From contig NC_087451.1 in NCBI RefSeq assembly GCF_036321535.1, forward strand, positions 33,232,001 through 33,296,000: a DNA stretch of 64,000 nucleotides, in the 5' to 3' direction. The notes below the pieces were generated by a model. It made no database searches. It had not been told where the DNA came from and saw only the letters and a list, made by a program, of their open reading frames with translations. This document shows positions 24,082-36,289 of this stretch, piece by piece. This stretch comes from Camelus dromedarius. Lineage: Eukaryota. A program made the translations under genes and the position numbers. Within the stretch, counting starts at the first letter, position 1; each line of letters starts with the position of its first letter.

Positions 24082-25029
24082 CCCTCCCACCCCTCACTCA
24101 ACCCTCCTTCGCTCCTTCCTGGCCAGGCTGCCTCTTCCCTGCCTCCCTGGGGTCCTCTCTGTGCCTGTTTAAAACTCAGTGACTGTCTCACGACCTCTGT
24201 CAGCCGGGAATTAATTCCCCAGGTTCCCACTCCATAAAAACTAAACACTCTTTTTATGGTCTCTACATGCTTTGCCCTTTTCTGCAGGTCTCTCTTGCAC
24301 TTCTGGGGAATAAATAAATCCGGTGTAACTTTTCTCAGCCTTGATCAGCTGTAGCCCTCAGGGCTGAGTGGGGCCCGGAGCTGCCCAGAACCCCAGCCTC
24401 AGGTGGAGGTTGGGGAGGTGGGGCATTGGGACCATTCTGTGCCGTTGAGCCTAAAGCATTTTTCTGGGCTCCCAGGGTCTTCACCCACCAGGCGTGACTC
24501 TCTTTGTGGTCCTTAGCAAGTAAAACAACAGAATGCCTAGTTAGATGAAACAACAAAATGAAACTAAATAATGAACAGGCTTTTGGTACGCCCCGTATTA
24601 TAATGGGGACATACTCATAGTACACATTAATCTATTGTTTAACTGAAATTTCAGTGTATCAGGGCATCCTCTAATTGCTGGCAATCTTAGACCAAGGCTG
24701 CAGGCTCAGCTTCCAGAGCGGCTGGGGGATCTGTGCCTCGTCTGCCTGTGAAGGAGAGCTGAGCCCGTAACTACTCCCATCCGTGTCTGTGTGAAGTCTT
24801 TGCAGAAGACGGGGTGAGCCTCACACCCCAGGAATGGCTGTGCAGGGTGGTCCAGGTCCGCCCTTCCAACGGAAGGATGAAGCCCGTACCCCACCCTTTC
24901 TGGCCTCCAGAACTTCCAAGCCTTTTCTCGTTGGCTCTTGCCTACTTAAAAGGACCCGTCCCCACTCCGAATCCAGCTCTTCTTTCTTAGGGGCCTTTGT
25001 GGGCTCAGATCTCCTGTTATGAGTTAGTT

Positions 25030-25560
25030 GTCGTGTGCGTGTTTGGCCCCAGGGAGGGCAGCGTTCGGGGCCGGTTGTGCCACTTTCAAGCACGCTTTGA
25101 AGTGCACTCCGCTCCTGAGCGGCTGCCTCTGTCAGCTCCGCTCGCGAGAGAAAGCCGCACTTCGAGTGTTTCTATATCTGGGCCTTCCCAAACGCTACAC
25201 CGCCGACTCGCTCCTCCCCATCCTCCATAAAAAAGTTCCTGGAGATGGGAGCAGCTATATCCGAGGTAATTGCTTAATTAGGGGAAAATTGCTTAAATTT
25301 CAGCAGCAGCGGCAGCAGCCACAGTGCCACTCTGACTATAAAAGCCTCTAAACCCAGCTCCCTCCGAAAGGAGCTCGCTGCCCACTCAACACCCATCCCG
25401 GCTCCTCCTGCGCGAGATGTCGCCGCCGCTGGAGCCATCGCGCACACCCCCGCGCGGGACCGCCCCCGCGCACGTGCGCGTCACCCGCAGCGCCATCTCA
25501 GCGGGGCTCTGCCAGACTTGGGCAAGCTGGCGTTGCCATCCAAGGCCGAGGGCCGACACA
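25030..25560 (+). promoter_or_regulatory. Small CpG island with TATA box (orphan promoter/enhancer candidate)
   Basis: About 20 CpG in 25395-25505; TATAAAAG 25337-25344; EGR/GC box cgcccccgc 25461-25469; palindrome CGCGCACGTGCGCG 25467-25480. Confidence 0.6.
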
Positions 25561-25765
25561 CTTTTTCTGACCAGGGTCAGACAGTAAATCTTGCAGGTAT
25601 TACGGGGCCATATGGTCTCTGTTGCCAGTCGTCAAGTCAGCCTTGGACCGTGAAAGCAGGCATGCGCAGTGCGCAAATGAGCAGGCACAGCCGTGTTCCC
25701 ATGCAACTTCAGAAAAACAGGTGCCAGGGCGGATTTGGCCCGTGGGCCAGCCTACTGACCCCCAG
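25548..25765 (+). mobile_element. MER58A hAT-Charlie MITE
   Basis: actttttctgaccagggtcagacagtaaat...ggccatatggtctctgttgc...ggatttggcccgtgggcc...ctgacccc. Confidence 0.85.
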
Positions 25766-25934
25766 AGGCTAGCTGCTGGGGATGCAGCCGGTGTGACTGG
25801 CTTAGGTGGTTCTTGGTGCAGTGGGGCAAGGAGCCCTGCCAGTGAGTAGTCCGCACACACCGCCAGCCCAGGGAGCGCTGAGTCATGCCCGTGCCAGCGG
25901 CTCGGCTCGGCTGGCAGTGTTGCAGATACGGATT

Positions 25935-26085
25935 TTTAGGGAGATCAGTCCTGGTCTCCAGTCTTTGCTATGTGATCTTGGGTCAGATGCTAAATTCTCC
26001 GAGTTTCCATTTTCTCATCTCCAAATTGATAACCGTAATCATCCTTTTCTCCTAGGGTCATGGTGATGACAACTGGGTGTGTATG
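25935..26085 (+). mobile_element. MIR SINE
   Basis: gctatgtgatcttgggtcag...ttttctcatctccaaatt. Confidence 0.65.
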
Positions 26086-28150
26086 GGAAGGTGTGTTTTT
26101 TCTGCAGTCAGTGTTCAAGGGTGTCAGCCTCGAGGGGTGGTAATAGAGTGCGTTTTGGCCTTGGTGTTTCGGCCCTTAGAGGAGAGTCCTTGCAGGAAGG
26201 TGTTCAGATTTCCATCTCCTCTTCACCCCCAAACTGGTCTAATCCTATCTTCCCTTCTGATTGAGCCCACTGAGCTCTTCCAAAGTTTCAAAGAGAAGCG
26301 AGGGGGAAAGGCAAGGGGGGCTGTGCAGACTGGCAGCATCCCTGGCCTCCCTGCCACCCGGACAGAGGCAGAGGCTGCCCTGGGTAAGCTCTGCAATGGG
26401 TGTTGTCCCAGCCCGGAACGGCTGCCCGCCAGGATGCCCACAAGGGGCGCTGGAGAGCAAGCACTTGGGCCCGGGCTCCTCCCAGCACCCAGGTCCTCAG
26501 CTTTATTTTCCCCTCCTCCTAAGCTGCTTCCTGTCCTCCATGTGTCCCCTAGACAGGTCCACCCAGCCAGAGACACTCCCCTCTCCCCCTGGGGACCCAA
26601 ACAGCCTCCTTTACAGTTGTCATGGGCTGAGGAGGAACCTCAGTCAGTGAAATGTCACGGGGCTTTAGAGCCCAGACGTCGCACAGATGGGGGCAGGGAG
26701 GAACAGAGACCCCCACGAGCAGGGAAGTGAAGCAGAACAGAGCATGAGGGAACCTGGGACCATGGGGTCAGAAAGTTTGAAAGGAAAACAATTCAGGACC
26801 TGGGATGCTGGAGTCCGGATGCTCAGGAACGAGTGGGCTGAGGGGATGGAGATCTTACAGCTGACCGCAGAGAAGCCACTGCACTGCACTGGGACACTTC
26901 TGGGGAGACACCATAATAATAGTAAGGGAAGCGAGGACTGTGGCTGTTCTTTTTCGGAGAGCAGTTTCAACCAGGAATAATGGTGCTGGGACTGAGACAG
27001 GGAAACCCTGGCGCGTAGTCAGACTTGTGCATATTATTGGCCGGCCAACATACACACAGACGCCAGTCCTCAGGGGAGTCCATTCCAATGTGAGCTGAGA
27101 AACGTGTGCTTAAACTGTAACTCAGGGAGGCGTCGAGTCCAAATACCAGCTTCCCTTCAATTGCAGTCAAATATTTCATGTACGTTAAATAAACTGCTGG
27201 GTGGGTCCGGTGGGTAAGAACCCAGTGGAGAAGGAGGGATCAGGACTCAGATTCAGGGACATGGCCTTGGGGACAGAGGGAGCAAGAACCAGGGAACTGG
27301 CGGAGGTGTCTGCTTGGGGGCTGCCTTCACTGATAACTCACGGCCATGCCTTCCTGGGGTCTGTTTGCTCACCCGCTCTCCCCTGAAGCCCTCTGTCTGC
27401 TCCTGGGTTGATGCCAAAGCAAACGAGAGCAACCGTCTGCTGCTCTGCCCGTGGCTGGAATCTCCACCCTCCCTCCTGTGGCAGTCAGGCCAGTGTCCGG
27501 ACTTGGAGCTTTGGGGCTGAGTCCAAGCAGGGCTTGTGCCACCGGGGCTCTGGTCCTGGGTGGAGGCTGTCCAATTTGGTGCTCTCAGGCCTGAGCTGCA
27601 AATCAGGGTCCAGCAACAGGGTACTGGGACTGAGCTGGCACATCGCCACACACGGTGAATCAGATTTTCTCCCACCTGTGCTATTTCTGGGCCTGATCTG
27701 CTTGATTCAGTGCCCTTGCATCCTGACCTTCAAATCCAGGCCCATCTGCAGTTGCAACAGCCTCCCAGACCTGAAGCTTGACTGAAGGCAGGGGAGTGGA
27801 ATGAGGCCCCCACTCAGCAAGCTGAGCTGGAACTCTGACCTCAGCCCCAGTATCTGGCTTCTAGCCTTGTTCCCCGGGGAACCAAGCCTCGCATCCTATA
27901 TCCAGCTTCCCTTCACTGTACTTTTTTGCCCTTGAGCAGCACCTGCTGCTTCAGCCAATCTGAGACCATATCAGGATATTGCTACCCACTCCCCACATCC
28001 AGGCCCTGTGTCTCCCTCTGGACCAAGAGGGTCTGCCTGCCCATACGCGGGGGTCCAGGGGGCTCTCAACCCATCCCCCTCATCAGCTTTCATTTTATTC
28101 CCATTTCTCTCCACTGGTCTTCTGGCTTCCAGCTCCTCCTCTCTCTAACT

Positions 28151-28325
28151 CAGGGCTTCTCAAAGAATAGCTCCTGGACCAGTAGCATCAGCATCATGGG
28201 AGAGCTTGTTAGAGATGCAAATTCTCTAGACCTGTGGGGAAGAGAAACTCCCAGCAGCGGGGCCCAGCACCGTGTTTCCACAAGCCCCCAGCGTATCCCC
28301 ATGGGCTCGGGGCTGGGAACTGCAG
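28151..28325 (+). mobile_element. MER5A hAT-Charlie MITE
   Basis: cagggcttctcaaag...ggaccagtagcatcagcatca...cttgttagagatgcaaattct. Confidence 0.85.
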
Positions 28326-28639
28326 TGCCCAGCACATCCTCCCTGCAGCTTCCAGAGCGTTCTTTCTGAAACCCAGGCCACGTCCTCTCATTTCCCTGCT
28401 CAGCACCAGTGAATAACTCTCTTGTGCCTTCAGAACTAATTTTCAGTTAACTTCTTCAGCAGTGTTCGAAGCCCTTCCTCATCTTCCCCAAACTTCTCTT
28501 CCCAGCCTCCTCCCCCGCCCCCTCGACCTCAGCCCTTTCAACATCGCTATTCCCTCTGAGGACTGGAGGTCAGGTTCCAGTGTTGCCTGTGTGAGGCCCC
28601 ACCCACCCTCCTCATCCGCCGGTGCTGAGTACCTCTTTC

Positions 28640-28790
28640 TGGTGATGGTTCTAACATTCTGTCGGTGCCTGGGAACGCACCGATCTCGTCCACCCACAGT
28701 GAGCTTCTGGAAGCAGGGACAACGTTACACTCCTAGTGCCAAGCATGGGGCTGGTGTTGCATAGCTGCCGACACAGATCTATGAATGACC
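28640..28790 (+). mobile_element. L2 3' end
   Basis: gtgagcttctggaagcagggac...cctagtgccaagcatggggctgg...atgaatga. Confidence 0.6.
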
Positions 28791-28985
28791 GGAAAGGAAT
28801 CTAACTCCTCCGCGTGTCCCCAGAGCCCCGCCGGCAGCCCCCGCCATCTCCAGTCCCACCCACCCCACCATCTTGATCCATTGCCCACCCGCCTGGACTC
28901 CGAGGGCCTCCTGGGAACTCTCTGGATCCCTCCTGTTCTCCGTGGGTCTATCTGGGCCACGTTTCTTCCAGCCCAGTTTTTCTGC

Positions 28986-29020
28986 AGCCAATCAGAATGT
29001 AGGAAGAGTGAGGGGGCGGG
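28986..29020 (+). promoter_or_regulatory. CCAAT box plus GC box
   Basis: AGCCAATCAG (NF-Y consensus) 28986-28995; GGGGCGGG 29013-29020. Confidence 0.35.
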
Positions 29021-29231
29021 CTTTCGGGGATGGGGGGCTTTAGACGGTTCTGGGAGTCTGTTCCCCATCACAGGGGTGGGGAAGGGGGGATCTGCTTGAG
29101 ATCCCCTGGAATGGTACAGTCGATCCCAACAGATGGGGGAAAGTCAAGACATGGATACTCTAAACCAGCAGACCACTCTCTTGTTACTTGATGGAAGGGC
29201 AGGATGTGGGGTGGCATTGATTTATTTAACC

Positions 29232-29256
29232 TGTGTGTGTGTGTGTGTGTGTGTGT
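29232..29256. repeat. (TG)12 microsatellite
   Basis: Perfect run. Confidence 0.95.
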
Positions 29257-31197
29257 TTCCACTAGATTTACCCTCCTAATTATGTCTGCTTACACCAATA
29301 TTAAAATGTGCTTGTATTCCCTGTACACACAGCAACTGATATAATGGCAGGGCGGGCCAGAGGCTGGGCAGGTGGTAGGAAAACGGAAATTAAGCCTCTA
29401 CCTGCACCTGCAAAATGAACAATCCCCAGGTGGGTAATTTTTGTAGTTGCAGTCGTTTTTCCAGCGGGGCCTTCCAGGGGGTATTTCCACCTGTCAGCAC
29501 ACTCTACCTTTAGGTGTTGTTTGGAGAACGGATGGAGAGATGCCACACGGTGGGGCTCCTGCTGGCAGCTCAGGCCCAGGCTCGGAGCGCCACCAGCCCT
29601 CCTGTGGTGGGCACATTGCGGGGTGCCTGGTTCCCTCTGCAGCACTGCCCCTTTAGAACTTGGTCCAGATCCTGTGGAGTCCTGAAACCCCTCCCAAGAG
29701 CACGATGCCCTGGCAGTCCCTCCTGTGCCCTTCAAAGTCCAGCATCCAAGATCCTCGGGGAAGGGGATGTGCTGTCCTCTCTCTGAGCCTCCAGTGGCTC
29801 AGCTGTGTCACATTAAATCTCAGTTATGATGAAGCACACTCACGCCAAACCCAGGGTGATACACAGGAAAACAGAGCCAGCCTGGGTCCCCTGTGCAAGT
29901 GACAGCGCTATCCTTGTCCTCGGATTCCATCTCACTTGCCCTGGGGAGACAACTTGGGTCCCCTTCTGTGATGTGACAGAGACACCCAGGTCCCCTTCTG
30001 TAATATGTTGGAGACCAGTTGGGTCCTGTCGTCCCAAACCTCGAGCGCAGATCGCCTAGCAATCTTGACAGGCGGCCAGCCTGGCCAATCACCTGTGGCT
30101 GCCAACATCCACCTGCTTCCTGAGGCTGGAGGAGCCTGGAAACCAAGCGCCTCCTCACCCCCACCTGCCACCTCTCAACGCCGCCCACCTCTTCGAGGCC
30201 CCTCAAGAGGCAAGTACAGTGACCAGCGTGTCTCACCTCACCTTCTGCTCCCCACCCGAGGCCCATTCTGCGGCTTAATCTGTGACATTTAACATAAATA
30301 GTTTTCTATTCCCAGCTGACTTTTAATGGCTTTTCTCATCAGCTGTGGCTCCTGGCAGCCGCACAAGAGCTGCTGCCTGCCGCCTCAGCCTAGTCCAACA
30401 GAGTGCCCGAGGAGCCCCCACGGTTTTTGCCACGTGAAGCCAGGGGGCCCCTGGAGAGGTCTGTGCAGACCTGAGCCTGCCACTCTCTGTCCGGAAATAT
30501 CATTACGTGTTCAATTAGAATTAGTGCGGAAGTCAATTATTAAGTGGTTACTTATTATGGTAATGGAGACACTTCACATTAACTGGTGCAGGCCTCTCTT
30601 GCCTTCCTCTAACGGCCACTTTTTCAACCCTAAGCCCTTCCTGATGCTCAGCTGCAAGTGGAGCAGGACAGAAATGGGAGGGAGGAGGCCAGGCAAGGCG
30701 GAAAGTGCGGCCCACTGCTCCCCTCTGCACCCCTGCTCACCCTCCCCGCAGACAGACACCTTCCCCAGGAAGTGACATGCTGTAGTGACATTAACAAAAT
30801 TTCCACCTGAAATCATGTCACATCTTCAGGCCACCAGATGCCGAAGCCATTGTCAAGCTGGTGCCCACCGCCATCACCACCGCCCTCCCGACCCAGCATC
30901 TTTCCTCCTGCTCACAGACAGATGTGCTGTCATCACAGGCAGGATTCTTACAGGACCTCTTCTGCCCAGGGCTGGGTTTGAGCAAAAGCCCTGGAGGGTG
31001 CGGAGGAGCCCCACGGCTGATGAGCAGGGGGAGCCAGGCTCTGGTCTCATCCTTCCAGGTGACCTTGTGCAAGTCATGTGACTTCTCAGAGCCCCAGCTC
31101 CTCGGTGTGAAATGAGAGTTTGGGTCAGGAGTTTCTGATAAATGCCCTGCCCCACATGCCTGAAGGATGTGGCATTCCCTGATCAGGGGTGATGGTC

Positions 31198-31592
31198 TGC
31201 TGTGGACTGAATTGTGCCCCCTCCCCAATTCACATTGAACCCCTAACCTCCAACATGATAGTATTTGATGATGGGGCCTTTGGGAGGTAATTGGGTTAGA
31301 TAAGGTCATGAGGGTGGGGCCCCCAAGATGGGATTAGTGCCCTTATGAGAAGAGATACCAGGTCTGTCTTCTCCTGAACCACTCCCAACCCCCACTGAGA
31401 GCTGTACAGAGAAGAGTTCGCATAAGCACACAGCCAGAGCATGGCTGCCTACAAGCCAAGACCTCAGTATGAAACTACCTCACTGGCAACTTGATCTTGG
31501 ACTTCTAGCCTCCAGAACTGTGGGCAATAAATGTCTATCATTCAAGTCCCCCAGTCTATGGTATTTTGTGACATCCTGAGCTGATTTAGCTA
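31198..31592 (+). mobile_element. MaLR solo LTR (MLT1A-like)
   Basis: tgctgtggactgaattgtgcccc...gggcctttgggaggtaatt...gatcttggacttctagcctccagaactgtg...aataaatgtct. Confidence 0.9.
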
Positions 31593-33349
31593 GAACCCAT
31601 TGCAGCAGAAATTGTCCACATCGGGCAAGTATGTGTCAGGATCTGGAGGGGAGAGGTGGTCCTGGTACCCAGGTTCTCCCTCTCCCCCTGAAGTCCTCTC
31701 TGTCTGGAGGAGATGCTCTCAGAGTTGCCTTTCAGGCTTGCTTTCAAACATTCCTTCCCATACATCTCTTCCTTCTCTGTTTCCCAGGCTAGAGCATGGA
31801 CAGCAGGTCCGCAGCCCCATGTGCAGTTGACAACTGAGCTCACAATCCTCGTCCCAGCCCTTTCCATCCATGTAACCTGTGGCAAGCCACCATGGAGCCA
31901 CCGAGCATCAGTTTCCTTACCTGATAACATCTGGTGAGGGTAAACAAGCTCATGCTTTATTGCAGAGAGAATAGAGAAAGTTTCCTGATCCGGAAGGGCT
32001 GTGCGTGGCGGGGTGGGGAGGTGGAGGAGGGAGAGGTGCTTAATGTGTTTTCTGCTCAGCTGTGCCAACAAAAAAGAAAATGAATCTGGGGAGCCGCAGA
32101 CAAGGCCGCCAAGATGCAGTGCTGACATGCAGCAAGCGAAGGCAGCTGCCCTTTGGAATTATCTTTCTAACCACTGCCTTGGTACCCTAATCGCCTCCAC
32201 GCAGCGGCTCTCGTTTTTGGGGGAGGGGCTCCTGGAGAGCTACTTGATTTGATTTCTTTAATCTTTCGACACTGCCTGCCTGTTGCAGAGGAGAGTGTGA
32301 TTGGGATGCACGGTACCTTCCCAGCAGCCCGAGCCAGTGATGACGAGAGCCTGGGCTGCCAGGATGGGCCGGGCTCTTAATTGGCTTATTTGCTTCTTTT
32401 GGAGTCTGTCTGGTTTTCCTAAGGATGAAGCTACTGTCTGGACCTCTGTGAGGACTGCCTCTCTCAGAAGGCAACGAGGCATCTGAGGGACCAGGGACCC
32501 TGCTGCAGTGCTGTTTTGGGGCAGGGTGGCAGGTGAAACCGTCGGTGGACTGAAGCCCTAGCTGGAGAACCATCTGCAGCCAGTGGCCTGCTCCTTAGAG
32601 CTCCTCTTGACTGGCCCATCTCTGACCGCAAAGACCCAGCCGCTCACAAGTCTGAACTCCCATCCCAGGAGCCGGCCGCTTGCTATAAAGAGCCAACTAC
32701 AGAGTGAGATTCTCCTTTTTTGCAGGGAAGGTGGGGTCCAGCCTCTTGTTTTTTGTGCTGGGCTGACCAAGTGTATGCAGCAGGGAGGTTTGGAGGGTTT
32801 GGAAAGGGAGAAGAGATTGAGGAGGGGCTTGGAAGTGAACGTTTGCAAAGTGGAGGCGGAGTGAAGCAGGGCTGTGCATTTTGACCTGAAATGATGTGGA
32901 AATTAGCAACCCTTGTTGATCTCGCAGCCCACACTCCAGGTGTATGTGTTCAGGCAGCGCTGCTACCCAGAAGCGGCTGCCCCCTCCTTCTCCCCAGGAC
33001 CCCAATCTCTGATTCCACGTGCCAGAATCTCCCCCTTTATCCAGCAGTGGCAGCAGAGTCCTTAGAGGAGGGTGGCAATTTCTCCCTCCTCCATGGCCAG
33101 CACCCGCCAAGCAGCCCCTGCTGTGTTAAAAGCTGGAGAGCAGAGCCCAAATCTCATCATCCTGTCTCTGGAGTTGTAGCTCTTCAAGAAAGGCTGGAGC
33201 CAGCCAGAGCAGAGAGAGGGGGCAGTCTGAGGAGGAGGCCACATCTAGGGATTCCCTGCCCCGCAGCTGGATTTCCTCATCACTGTGCTAGGCCTGGAAG
33301 GCAAGGGCATGGCCAGGAGGTCAGGACACCTGACCTGCAGGATCCTGGA

Positions 33350-33520
33350 AGGCTGCACAGTCAGCCCAGGCTCGGAATCCAAAAACCAGTTCGACTCCCA
33401 GCTGTGTGACCTTGGGCATGCCTCCAACTTCTCGATGTCTCTGTTTTCTCATCTACAGAGTGAGGTGGTAATGGAATACTTGAATCAGGGAAAGGATCTT
33501 TGTGAAGACTAAAGGAGGTA
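33350..33520 (+). mobile_element. MIR SINE
   Basis: cagctgtgtgaccttgggca...ctgttttctcatctacag. Confidence 0.8.
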
Positions 33521-33611
33521 ATTAATGGAAGAGGTTGGCCCGCGGGACAAAGTCCACCATGTAAACTGTAGGTTTCTTTTGGTGTCTTCTCATCAAATCG
33601 TCGGATGGGCT

Positions 33612-33752
33612 GTAAATCCCAGATAATCTCATTTTGAGACCTTTAACTTAGCTATAGCTTCAAAGACAATTTTTCAAATAAGGTCACATTACAGATGCTG
33701 GTTTTGAGGATGTGGACAGATCTTTTGGGGGCAATCATTCAATCCATAATAA
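33612..33752 (-). mobile_element. MLT1 5' fragment
   Basis: aaagacaatttttcaaataaggtcacattacag...ttttgggggcaatcattcaatccataata. Confidence 0.75.
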
Positions 33753-34647
33753 TGTCCATTAATGTCTATTAAATGTCATTACATGTTATTTAAAGACATC
33801 CTCTCATTGCATCTCCTCTTCTCCAGGCAAAACCAAATCCCAGCATACTTCAACTGGTCTTCAGTGTGACCGGCCTAAAGCCTCGCTGGCCCCCACTGGA
33901 CATGGGCAGAGGCCAGTCTTCTCCTGGGCCAGAAGTTGAGTGACTTTGACCTCTTAGGGTAAGGTGACATATGGTGGCTGTGGGAGTCGTTTGGGGAGAG
34001 CACTTAAAAGAGAAATTTCCCCAAAGCAGGGCTGGGACCAGGGTGAGGCAGGTGAGGCATTCAAGATGAAAATGTTAGGCCTCCCTCTCGGGCTTCTGCA
34101 ATTGCAGGGTTGGCACCTGAGAGGGAGCGCCACCTTATATTTGCATGCTGGGCACCTCCCTCTCTTCACCCTAGTCCTGGTCCTGCCCTAAAGAAACCAG
34201 ACTATGTGATCTCTACCGCCTTCTGCCACCGCAGCATCCCCACCAGGCTCCCAAGGGTCACGGCCACTGTCTGCCTGGTGCAGAGCCAGGGAAGGTTCTG
34301 GGAAGAGGAAATGATGCAAGGCAGTGAATTCCTTTCCCTGAGGGTCTAAGTCTCACATCATTCACAATGCTTTTGTGTGGATGGTGTCCCTGGCACTGGG
34401 TGAGGTGCAGGTTCTGTGGTTGTAGGGTACAGGCAGAGAACACAAGCCCAAGCCCCCTTTTCCCTTCCATGACCTTCAACTGTAAGTCCCTCTGGAGGCT
34501 GAGGGTGCGCCTCACCAGTGTGGTGTCCTCCAGGCTTCACACAGGTGGTCCCCTGATGCCACACCTGCTGGCAGGTCACTGGCAGGGTTCTGACCCTTCC
34601 TCCTCATCACTCATCCTCCTGGCTCTACTAATCACCTGTTCAGCTCT

Positions 34648-34790
34648 TTAGCAGTTTGCAAAGCAGTTTTTACATCCTCTTCCACTGGATGTTCACAGTG
34701 ACCTTGACATTCATTCATTGGCCCCATTTACCAAAGATGAACTGAGGCTCAGGGAACGATCAAGCTGCCCCCCAGGCTCCACAGCTCAGC
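34648..34790 (-). mobile_element. MIR SINE
   Basis: ccccatttaccaaagatgaactgaggctcaggga. Confidence 0.7.
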
Positions 34791-35609
34791 CCTGGGGGCT
34801 CAGGCCCAGGACCCCTGTTTCTTCCTCCAAACAACTGCTGCTCCTCCCCTGCCAAGCATCTTGGACTAAACATCTGGCAGGTGTGCCAAAGGAGTTGGGG
34901 GTCGCGGCCATGGACACTTAGTCTAGGTGCCAAGAGGAAGAATCTGTGAAAATGGGCCTCGCAGCCTGGCAGGAAGGGAAACTTGCCAAGAAGCTTGAGG
35001 AGACAAAGAGCAGGTGTTCAGGCCCCAACAGGCTGGGACAGCTCAAGCCTGCTGTTCTGCTGGTACCGCTAGATCACCCTCTCCTGCCACAGAGCCCCCT
35101 GGTTTCACTTAAAACCAGCTCCTACCTGCCTGGATTTCTTTTTCCTGGAGCGTGTTTACCAGCGGGCCCCCCTGTTTCTGTCACCGCTGACATGGGGTTG
35201 GCATTGCTCTGCGCTCCGTGTTCTGCCCTTTCTAACCTGGTCTGGTCCACGGGACAGCTGAGAACTCTCCAACTTTTTCTCCCTGGTTGGCTTCCAGCTC
35301 TAACGGCCAGGTGCCTAGAGCATCTGGCATGCCTGGCTCATCTGAAACCACTAGAGACGCTCCAGGAATGGCTCTCCATCCGAGCTGGCAAATTGAGCCT
35401 GGGCCCCAGGGTGTGCCAGGCTTGTCCGGAGAAATGCCACCTGTGGTTGCTCAGGCTCCAGGGTGGCAGGACCTCTGGGCTATTCTGAGATGGCTGTTAC
35501 CTCTGCTGCCAGCGACAGCTGTATCCATCTCAGGGCACGGGGGTCCCATCCGCCCCTGGTCCTCAGACCTGGCTCTTTAAGCCCACCTGGGTCTGCTCCT
35601 TGACACCGC

Positions 35610-35780
35610 TATTTACTGGGTGACCTGAAACCAGTGATGCAATCTCCAAGCGTAGGTGTCCTCTTCCGTAATTTGGGAGTAATAATAGGACCTCCCACCT
35701 CACCGGTTGTCAAGAGGATCACTTTCAATAATCGATGAGTGGAAAAGTACTGTGTATCTGTTAAGCGCCTCACAGAAGTG
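35610..35780 (+). mobile_element. MIR SINE
   Basis: tgtcctcttccgtaatttgggagtaataataggacctcccacctcaccggttgtc. Confidence 0.6.
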
Positions 35781-35924
35781 GTCCCTGTCGATGTCATTAC
35801 AGCGTGTGACAAGGCGCGGGTGGGCCAGCACCAGTCTCCTCGGCCAGGGACCCCCCTTTCTGCCAGCTTTCAGGGTCCCACCACTGGCCAAGTTTTCAGT
35901 CCTGATGCCCAGACCCACTGCTAT

Positions 35925-36289
35925 TGTTACGGGCTGAACTGTGTCCATCCCAAGTTTGTATGTTGAAGTCCTAACCCCCGGACCTCAGAATAGGACTCTA
36001 TTTGAAGATAGGCCCTTCAAAGAGGTAATTACGTTAAAACAAGGTCCTATGAGTGGGCCCTAACCAGTATGACTGGGGTCCTTTTAAGAAGAGGAAAATG
36101 GACACATGCACGGGGATCGGGAGATGGTGGCTATCTACAAGTCGAGGAGAGAGATCTTAGAAGAAGCCAGCCCCACTGTCACCTTGATCTCAGTCATCTG
36201 GCCTCCTGAATTGTGAGAAAATAAATGTCTGTTCTTTACAAACCCCAGTCTGGGGTACTTTGTTACGGCAGCCATAGCAAACTGATATA
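35925..36289 (+). mobile_element. MaLR solo LTR (MLT1B-like)
   Basis: tgttacgggctgaactgtgtcc...ttgaagtcctaacccc...tgtgagaaaataaatgtctgtt...gcagccatagcaaactgatata. Confidence 0.9.

Noticed and set aside
24270-24320. Splice acceptor followed by AATAAA as a terminal exon
   Set aside because: Only about 20 nt between acceptor and signal, and no linked upstream exon.
25483-25503. CTCF site call (also 11066-11085)
   Set aside because: Only the AGATGGCGC / AGGGGGCG half matches; the 5' half of the motif is poor.
25417-25587. 56-aa ORF from the ATG downstream of the CpG-island TATA box (MSPPLEPSRTPP...)
   Set aside because: Runs into MER58A, no clear splice donor, no recognisable protein.
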